This document shows positions 25,200 to 31,384 of a stretch of DNA of 31,384 nt, piece after piece. The stretch lies in the NCBI GenBank assembly GCA_040756235.1, contig JBFLZG010000077.1, positions 1-31,384 on the forward strand, written 5' to 3'. A program made the translations under genes and the position numbers. Each line of letters opens with the position of its first letter. The stretch's first letter is position 1. This DNA comes from a bacterium. Its GTDB lineage: Bacteria; Desulfobacterota; DSWW01. The notes under the pieces were generated by a model, which was given only the letters and a program-made list of their open reading frames with translations, had not been told where the DNA came from and ran no database searches.

Positions 25200-26186
25200 T
25201 CAGTACCTGTCCACGAGCAGCTCCTGAATGCGGAGCTTGTTGAGCTTTTCGACCCCGCCGCACAGCTCCAGGTATTGGTCGAATCTCTCGACCGAGTAGA
25301 TGTACTTGTTCAGGAACGCCTCGAGGGCCTCGGGATCCTGTTCGACCTCGAGCCACTGCTGGAGGTGTTCCTCGTCCGAGAAGTACTCGTACGGCATGTT
25401 CCCCGGGTAGCTGCCGTAGGGGACCTCGATCACGGCATCGACCAGGTAGTAAGGAATGGAGGTGGAGGTGGGGTCCCTGCGGATTTCCTGGTTGGGGATC
25501 ATCCGCTCCGCGGTCACGATGAGCCGCTTGGCGGCCCGCGCCAGCTCCGGGTCGGCCACGGAGATGCCCCGGATGCGGCAGTTTCCGTAGACGTCGGCCT
25601 CGTGGACGTGGATGACCGCCACGTCCGGCCAGAGGGCGGGCAAGGCCACGAATTTCTTCCCGGTAAAGGGGCATTCGATCACCGCGGCCGCGGACTTCTC
25701 GAAGGTGTCGGTCCCGAGCATGTCCCGGGCGATCCCGAAGGAGACCCCTTCGGCGGCGGCCCGGAGCCGCACGGCCAGGGCATAGTTCGTCCACTCGCAG
25801 ATCTCGATGTCGCCCGACTCCATGACCCTGCGGGCATTGGGCGACAGCCCCCGGGCTTCGAGCCCGACGATGTAGGCGATGTCGACCCGCTTCAGGCAGC
25901 CCCCTGCGACGAGGATCTGGAAGTCATGAGTGGCCGTATGGCCGGCAAAGGAGAGGTTCTTCTTTCGCTGGCGCACGATCTCGTGCAGCACGGCCGTCGG
26001 GATCCGGTTCGCGCCGAAGCCACCGACGCCCAGATAGAAGCCGTCCTGGACCAGCCAATCGACGGCCTTCTTCAAGGGGAGGCGCTTGTCGACCATCTCC
26101 CGCCGCCTGCCCGCAAAGAAATCCCGGGCCTGGTCCGGGTCCGGGTCGGAAAAGAGATTCCCTTTTCCATGGGTCAGTATGCGCAT
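25200..26186 (-). CDS. gctA: Family I CoA-transferase alpha subunit (glutaconate CoA-transferase A-like)
   Basis: GVGGFGANRIP, LRAAAEG, LGTD, CPFTG, PDVAVIHVHEADVYGN, VDAVIEVPYGSYP. ATG 26186 after AAGGAG. Confidence 0.88.
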   Translation of the reverse strand: MRILTHGKGNLFSDPDPDQARDFFAGRRREMVDKRLPLKKAVDWLVQDGFYLGVGGFGANRIPTAVLHEIVRQRKKNLSFAGHTATHDFQILVAGGCLKRVDIAYIVGLEARGLSPNARRVMESGDIEICEWTNYALAVRLRAAAEGVSFGIARDMLGTDTFEKSAAAVIECPFTGKKFVALPALWPDVAVIHVHEADVYGNCRIRGISVADPELARAAKRLIVTAERMIPNQEIRRDPTSTSIPYYLVDAVIEVPYGSYPGNMPYEYFSDEEHLQQWLEVEQDPEALEAFLNKYIYSVERFDQYLELCGGVEKLNKLRIQELLVDRY

Positions 26187-26262
26187 CGGCGCAGTCTCCT
26201 TGTCGGTCATGAGAGTGGCTCTCGAGATCGGGAGAAGGCGGAAATGAACATCTGCCTGAGAT

Positions 26263-26278
26263 TGCACCATCGGTGCCA
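26263..26278 (-). promoter_or_regulatory. Sigma54 (-24/-12) promoter for the gctAB-like operon
   Basis: Minus strand TGGCACCGATGGTGCA (GG-N10-GC). Confidence 0.65.
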
Positions 26279-26396
26279 AGGGGAAAGGGGGGAGCGCTCG
26301 CCGGGGGGAAGGTCGGATTCCGTTGAGAGTCAACGACTTGAAGGCAGCCGGGAGCGCCGGCAGAAGAGGCGGCGGGGCCCCGGGCTCGTCGAGGAA

Positions 26397-26413
26397 TTTT
26401 ACAGGCTGTAAAA
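26397..26413. promoter_or_regulatory. Palindrome TTTTACAG-G-CTGTAAAA, candidate enhancer-binding-protein site
   Basis: Perfect 8-bp inverted repeat between the two divergent sigma54 promoters. A second palindrome CGTTGA-N3-TCAACG starts near 26321. Confidence 0.45.
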
Positions 26414-26494
26414 AGGACGATCACCCGAAGGGGAAATCGGGAGGAGGCGCCGAAAAAACGGAGCCAGGAAGGGCTTCAGCAGAATCGAGCTTTC

Positions 26495-26510
26495 TGGTAT
26501 GCTTCTTGCT
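26495..26510 (+). promoter_or_regulatory. Sigma54 (-24/-12) promoter for the isovaleryl-CoA dehydrogenase gene
   Basis: TGGTATGCTTCTTGCT (GG-N10-GC), 58 nt before the ATG. Confidence 0.65.
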
Positions 26511-26568
26511 CCAAGCGAATGGGATTTGTCTGATCGGGAAAACGGCGCGAGGAGGAGGTGACCGGATC

Positions 26569-27732
26569 ATGGACTACGAGCTTACCGACGAACAGCGGAT
26601 GCTGCGCGACATGGTCTACGGCTGGTCGGTCAAGGAGCTGGGACCGCTGCAGGAGAAGATCGACGACGAGGACTGGATGCCGCCCGATTTCTTCCGGAAG
26701 CTGGGCGATCTGGGGATCCTCGGGATCACGGTCGACGAGGAGTACGGCGGCTCGGCCCAGGGCATTCTCATGCAGGCGCTGGCCCTCGAGTCCATGTCCC
26801 GGATCTGTCCGGCGCTGGCGATGAGCTACGGGGCCCATTCCAACCTCTGCGCGAACAACATCAACAAGAACGGCTCCCGGGAGCAGAAGAGCCGGTACCT
26901 GCCGGACCTCGTGGCCGGCGTGAAGGTCGGCGCCCTGGGGCTGACCGAGCCGGAGGCGGGCTCGGACGCCATGGGGCTCAGGACCACGGCCAGGGAGAAG
27001 GGCGACTTCTACATCCTGAACGGCACCAAGATGTTCATCACCAACGGCACCATCGCCGATACGATCCTGGTCTACGCCAAGACCGAGCCCGAGTTGAAGG
27101 CCAAAGGGATCAGCGCTTTCATCGTCGAGAGCAAGTATCCCGGGTTCTCGGTCTCCAAGAAGCTCAAGAAATGCGGCATGCGCGGGTCTCCGACCGCGGA
27201 GCTCGTCTTCGAGGACATGCCGGTCCCCAAGGAAAACCTCGTCTACGAGAAGAACAAGGGCGTGCACGTCATGACCTCCGGGCTTGCCTACGAGCGGATC
27301 GTGCTGGCGGGCGGGTCGGTGGGCATGGCCCAGCAGGCCCTCGAGTACTCCGTGCAGTACGCCAAGCAGCGGGTCCAGTTCGGCCAGCCCATCGCCTCGT
27401 TCCAGATGATCCAGGAGAAGCTCGCCGACATGTACTGCCTGAGCGAGGCAGCCCGGCTGCTCGTGTACCGCGCCGCCACCTTTGCCGACAGCCCGGAAGG
27501 GAAGCGGGGCGGGAAGGGGACCGAGCTGGACAAGCTGGCGGCCTCCGCCATCCTGTTCGCCGCCGAGTCGGCCACGAAGATCTGCCTGGAAGGCGTCCAG
27601 ATCCACGGCGGTTACGGGTACTGCCTGGAGTACCCGATCCAGAAGCTCTGGCGGGACGCGAAGCTGTACGAGATCGGCGCCGGCACCTCGGAGATCCGCA
27701 GGCTCATCGTGGCCCGCGAGCTGCTCCATTAG
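26569..27732 (+). CDS. ivd: Isovaleryl-CoA dehydrogenase-like acyl-CoA dehydrogenase
   Basis: IVD signatures MSYGAHSNLC, SGLAYER (catalytic Glu position) and AKLYEIGAGTSEIRR. ATG 26569 after AGGAGG. Confidence 0.88.
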   Translation: MDYELTDEQRMLRDMVYGWSVKELGPLQEKIDDEDWMPPDFFRKLGDLGILGITVDEEYGGSAQGILMQALALESMSRICPALAMSYGAHSNLCANNINKNGSREQKSRYLPDLVAGVKVGALGLTEPEAGSDAMGLRTTAREKGDFYILNGTKMFITNGTIADTILVYAKTEPELKAKGISAFIVESKYPGFSVSKKLKKCGMRGSPTAELVFEDMPVPKENLVYEKNKGVHVMTSGLAYERIVLAGGSVGMAQQALEYSVQYAKQRVQFGQPIASFQMIQEKLADMYCLSEAARLLVYRAATFADSPEGKRGGKGTELDKLAASAILFAAESATKICLEGVQIHGGYGYCLEYPIQKLWRDAKLYEIGAGTSEIRRLIVARELLH

Positions 27733-27772
27733 GGACGTGCCAGGTCCCGCGCGCGAGCGGCGTGAGCACCCG

Positions 27773-27910
27773 GTAGGGTGGACAAAGCCTAAAGGCGTGT
27801 CCACCAGTCCGCGAGCGTGGGAAGGGGGCAGCGAACCATCTCTTGTAGGGGCGACGCATGCGTCGCCCGCGAGGCGAGGCCATCCCCACGCAACCGGGGG
27901 TTGCCACTGC
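27773..27910. repeat. REP cluster (two GTAG-type REPs plus CGCGAGCGTGG module)
   Basis: GTAGGGTGGACAAAGCCTAAAGGCGTGTCCACC (27773-27805) and GTAGGGGCGACGCATGCGTCGCCC (27845-27868). A degenerate inverted copy of the latter lies at 4764-4787. Confidence 0.75.
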
Positions 27911-28015
27911 GGAGTGCTTCTGCCGGGCTTTGTAAGGGCGCTGTTTGCTGCGCCCTTCCCGGGATCCACACGGTGGTTCACGTCCCCTTCTTGCCTGTAA
28001 ACGGTCGGTTCGATC

Positions 28016-28861
28016 GTGACCAGACTGCAGACCCGTACCGCGCTCCTGCTCGCCAGCGGGTTCTTCGTGCTCGGATTCTTCGAAAGAAGGCTGATCTACT
28101 ATCCGACCCGGGTGCTGGAGGCGACCCCCTCCGCCGTCGGCCTTGAGTACGAGGATTTGGCCATCCGCACCGCGGACGGCCTCCGGCTCCACGGCTGGTT
28201 TGTCCCCGGCGCCGGCGCCGGGTGGACGCTCCTGTTCCTGCACGGCAACGCGGGCAACATCGGAGATCGGGTCGAGAACCTGAGGCTCCTGCACGACCTC
28301 GGGCTCCAGGTGTGCATCATCGACTACCGGGGATACGGCAGGAGTGAAGGCTCTCCCACCGAAGAGGGTCTCTACCGTGACGCCGACGCCGCCTACTCCT
28401 GGCTGTTGGCCAGGGCGGACGTGGACCCCGAGAGGATCGTCGTCTTCGGCCGGTCTCTGGGCGCCGCCGTGGCCGTGGACCTCTGCGCGCGGGTCGGCTG
28501 CCGGCGTCTGATCCTGGAGGGCGCCTTTCCGTCGGCGGCCGAGATGGCCCGCGCGATCCTGCCTCTGCCGATGCTCGACCGGCTCCTGCCCGAGAGGTTT
28601 GCCGCAGCGGAGAAGATCCCGAACGTGCGCGCCCCGCTCCTGCAGTTTCACGGGGCCCGGGACGAGGTGGTGCCGTTCGAGCTGGGCGTCCGGCTGTTCG
28701 AGGCGGCGCACCCTCCCAAGGCGTTCGTGCCCGTCCCCGGCGCCGGGCACAACGATGTCTGGATCGTCGGCGGGCAGGCGTACGCGGACAGGATCCGCAC
28801 CTTCCTCGCAGAGGCCGCGCCGCCGTCCGCGGGCCGAAGCGTTCCCGAAGAAAACCGGTAA
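28016..28861 (+). CDS. Alpha/beta hydrolase (ABHD13/Bem46-like)
   Basis: LFLHGNAGN, DYRGYGRSEG, GRSLG nucleophile elbow, HGARDEVVP, GAGHND. GTG start uncertain. Confidence 0.88.
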   Translation: MTRLQTRTALLLASGFFVLGFFERRLIYYPTRVLEATPSAVGLEYEDLAIRTADGLRLHGWFVPGAGAGWTLLFLHGNAGNIGDRVENLRLLHDLGLQVCIIDYRGYGRSEGSPTEEGLYRDADAAYSWLLARADVDPERIVVFGRSLGAAVAVDLCARVGCRRLILEGAFPSAAEMARAILPLPMLDRLLPERFAAAEKIPNVRAPLLQFHGARDEVVPFELGVRLFEAAHPPKAFVPVPGAGHNDVWIVGGQAYADRIRTFLAEAAPPSAGRSVPEENR

Positions 28862-29079
28862 CGTACCCACAAAGTACGCCTGAACCTCCCCTGACCACGA
28901 ATTCTCACCCCATCTGGGAAACTATTCCGTCGAGTGTGAATCAAAGGTCTGGACTGAAGCGATTCGTGCCCGTGTGGTGCGCGCCCCCGGGGTGGACGCT
29001 ACCTGGGGGTAAATCGCAATTCCGAACAGGCAAAGAGCTGCATGAAGCAGCCCGAGCCATGGCAAAGGAGTAACCGCCC

Positions 29080-29487
29080 ATGCGTGCAAGGCGAAGGGAG
29101 AAAGAGGGACCATGGACGCGATGGATAGGGTATGTCCCATTGGGCTTGATCATACTCGCCACCGCGTGCGCCTCGGCGGACAAGGGGGCTGCGCGCAAGG
29201 AGATCGGCAGCGCGGAAAGCGCCATCAACCAGGCCCGGACCGGCAGCGCTACTCAATCTTCACCGCTCGAGCTGAGGCTGGCGGAAGACAAGCTGGCCAG
29301 AGCCAACGCTGCCTTCGAGGAAGGGGAGTACGAAACTGCCGAGAGACTTGCTGAACAAGCCTCGGCTGATGCAACCCTGGCCGAAGCCAGAGCACAGAAT
29401 GTCAAGACCAAGGAGATGGTGAGGACTCTGCAGGACAGCATCAGCCAGTTGCGCCGGGAAATCGAACACAGTACTACTGTTCAGTGA
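29080..29487 (+). CDS. DUF4398-type lipoprotein
   Basis: Lipobox ATAC. Helical AESAINQA...ELRLAEDKLARA...AERLAEQA..DA.LAEARA. AAGGAG RBS. Sits upstream of an OmpA-family gene. Confidence 0.82.
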   Translation: MRARRREKEGPWTRWIGYVPLGLIILATACASADKGAARKEIGSAESAINQARTGSATQSSPLELRLAEDKLARANAAFEEGEYETAERLAEQASADATLAEARAQNVKTKEMVRTLQDSISQLRREIEHSTTVQ

Positions 29488-29663
29488 GAGCATCAGTTGC
29501 CGCGCCAGGAAGCGAGCGCGATCTTTCGGTGAGGCAGGAACTGCCAAAGGCAAATGCCGGTGCCGCTGAGAACATCGTCTGCCATGCCAGGAGCCCGGAA
29601 CCGGCTGGGAATGGACGCGGCCACATAACCTATGGCGAGTAGTGAACGCATCAGGAGGAGTAG

Positions 29664-30515
29664 ATGAAGAGCATACCAAGACTGGTCTTTGTCATAGCCC
29701 TGGGGGCCGGTCTCATCGCTGCAGGTTGCGCTACGACCTCGCACGAGCTTGAACAAGCCGAACAATCCTATTCTGCAGCAGCAAACGATCCTGCGATCAC
29801 CCGAAATGCTTCCGTCACCCTTTACGAAGCAAGAAAAGCGCTGGACCGGGGAAGGGATGCGGGCAGCCAGGAAGATCAGGAGCACTACGCCTACGTGGCG
29901 CAGAAGAAAATAGAGCTGGCCCGGGTGCAGGCCGACCAATTGGAGACCAGCCAGCAGGTAGAACAACTCGAGAAGCAGCAGCAGCAATTTCTGGCTTCCA
30001 TTCGGCGAGAGAAGACCGAGGAAGCCCGGCAACAGGCTGAACAGGCTCGACAGGAGCTGCATGCCTATCGAGCTCAAGAGACGGAGCGTGTCCAATCCGA
30101 GCTCGAGCAGCTGCGTCAGGAACTGGATGCCAAGCAGACCGATCAGGGGATGGTGCTGACCTTGTCGGATGTTGTCTTCGATTTCAACGAAGCGCAACTG
30201 AAACCCGGCGCCGAACGCGGCCTCGGGCGCTTGACAGATTACCTGAGAAAGAATCCCGACCGTCGGATCCTCGTCGAAGGGTTTACCGACAATGTAGGCA
30301 GTGATCCGTACAACAGGAGATTATCGGAGGAGCGCGCCGAAGCGGTTGCCCGGGCACTGGAAGCCGAAGGGGTGTCACCCGACCGGATCACCACCAGGGG
30401 GCACGGCGAGGCTTACCCCGTAGCCACCAACGAGACCGCGGCCGGCCGGCAACGGAACCGGCGCGTGGAAGTCACGATCTTGAATCAGGGAAGTCAGCCG
30501 GGTGCCGCCGGATGA
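29664..30515 (+). CDS. OmpA/MotB C-terminal-domain lipoprotein with N-terminal DUF4398-like coiled coil
   Basis: Lipobox AAGC. VEGFTDNVGS..YN..LSEERA, GHGEAYPVATN, GRQRNRRVEV. AGGAGG RBS. Confidence 0.92.
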   Translation: MKSIPRLVFVIALGAGLIAAGCATTSHELEQAEQSYSAAANDPAITRNASVTLYEARKALDRGRDAGSQEDQEHYAYVAQKKIELARVQADQLETSQQVEQLEKQQQQFLASIRREKTEEARQQAEQARQELHAYRAQETERVQSELEQLRQELDAKQTDQGMVLTLSDVVFDFNEAQLKPGAERGLGRLTDYLRKNPDRRILVEGFTDNVGSDPYNRRLSEERAEAVARALEAEGVSPDRITTRGHGEAYPVATNETAAGRQRNRRVEVTILNQGSQPGAAG

Positions 30516-30658
30516 TGATGCGCCGCCTGCCCCCGGCGGCTTCTCTGTAGATAGCCCTGCCGTTTACCCACAAGTCGGCCATCAGGGACGCAACGCAAAT
30601 CCAGCTCGAAACCGTCATTCGGGAGGACCAGGGAGCGGACACCCGCGGTTTCCTCAGT

Positions 30659-30779
30659 TCCGTCACCCCGGTGCAGGCCGGGGTCCAGTCCCTGCTCCGC
30701 GTGATCACACCTCCGTTCCCTTGTGCAGACTTCTGGATCCCGGCTCGCACACGCTACGCGGCGGGGCCGGGATGACGGA
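30659..30779. repeat. Palindromic intergenic repeat (GTCAyCCCGG...CCGGGATGAC type)
   Basis: TCCGTCACCCCGGTGCAGGCCGGGGTCCAG ... CTGGATCCCGGC..GCCGGGATGACGGA; two nested hairpins in inverted orientation. Confidence 0.65.
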
Positions 30780-31259
30780 CTGAGTCAGTGTGATCTTTCA
30801 GATTTGACTTGTGGGTATCCGCGAAGGTGGGTTGTCACACCCGCCGTGTACCCCTACATATATCGCTGTCTGGTTTGGCCGTTGAGGGCAAGCGCCTCCA
30901 GCGCTTGCAGGCAGACGCGTGCCGTGAGCATCAGATTATTAGTGCCGGCCATCACTTTTTCGGCAGATATGTCTTGCAACAGTACTGTAGGCGTGGTATG
31001 ATTCATCCGTTCCTACAGGTGCTGCTGAACGCAGGTTCCTTTCGTTCCGCCGCACCTGTGCCTGCGGGCGCCCGCCCGTTCGGCGAATAGGGAACTTCCT
31101 GCCCATGCACTGAGCCGCGCACCGCTTCTGTATCCGTAACGCAAAGTCGATCACCCAAACATCCTTTTCCACCAACGGTGGGCCAAAGAGCTGAATGCCG
31201 CGAGCCAGCCTTGCACGCCCGGCTTGCCACAGCGCGCGGCGACTGGGCCGCATGGAACT

Positions 31260-31384
31260 GGAGATTGCGAGGCCCGGAGGGCCGTGGCAACCTCCCGGTT
31301 ACAGCAGTCGCAGGGGGGGCGCCACGCTCGCGGGATGCCATTCGGCATGATGAAGAATACGTCACCGAGCTTGTGAGTCAGAGC
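31260..31384 (-). repeat. Inverted second copy of the repeat/MITE family seen at 191-229 and 2165-2440, truncated by the window end
   Basis: 31260-31298 is 37/39 identical to the reverse complement of 191-229. CCACGCTCGCG at 31322. The last ~31 nt resemble the left end of the 2165 element. Confidence 0.6.

Noticed and set aside
24382..26186. AibA/AibB-type 3-methylglutaconyl-CoA decarboxylase (alternative isovaleryl-CoA biosynthesis), suggested by a GctAB fold next to an IVD-like gene
   Set aside because: The beta subunit keeps the catalytic Glu (ILFEAG) that AibB lacks, so a true CoA-transferase is more likely.
273..26568. Upstream starts given by the ORF track (273, 4757, 5873, 10498, 15602, 17494, 21160, 22676, 25794, 26333, 26323)
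   Set aside because: Downstream ATGs have clearer RBSs and begin with signal peptides or domain starts; the extensions run through promoters, repeats or neighbouring genes.
636..28870. Long antisense or shifted ORFs (e.g. 636-2048, 3273-4475, 5726-7774, 8765-10369, 10662-12524, 12966-14747, 25092-26411, 26476-27981, 27704-28870)
   Set aside because: They overlap well-supported genes, are Arg/Gly/Pro-rich without recognisable motifs, and are typical high-GC shadow ORFs.
30780..31260. Protein-coding or ncRNA gene in the terminal region
   Set aside because: The ORFs lack RBSs and motifs, and no RNA family is recognisable by eye; an Rfam search would be needed to exclude one.

Overview
GC-rich bacterial DNA; gene content suggests a Desulfobacterota/'Deltaproteobacteria'-like organism (inference). 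The core (about 2.4-23.8 kb) is a copper/heme envelope-redox cluster. It encodes an OprC-type TonB-dependent Cu receptor preceded by a Cys-rich leader-like ORF and a YHS protein; two paralogous DUF5666-type lipoproteins; an exported fusion of a vanadium-haloperoxidase/PAP2 domain to a MauG-like di-heme peroxidase; a 1612-aa OmpB/MofA-like multicopper oxidase with FN3 domains; a c-heme-motif HisKA_3 sensor kinase with a NarL-type regulator and a receiver-only duplicate; and an FG-GAP propeller protein with a cytochrome c carrying a non-canonical CxxHH motif. A ~46-bp operator-like box occurs three times, in the same gene-relative orientation, before the oxidase, the receiver-only gene and the FG-GAP/cytochrome pair, suggesting a local regulon. 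The flanks carry acyl-CoA metabolism (ACAD9/VLCAD-like dehydrogenase; GctAB-like CoA-transferase divergent from an isovaleryl-CoA dehydrogenase, with back-to-back sigma54 promoters), an alpha/beta hydrolase and a DUF4398/OmpA pair. Intergenic spaces contain several REP/MITE-like repeat families. No rRNA, tRNA or CRISPR array was seen. Family assignments come from motif recognition, not database searches.
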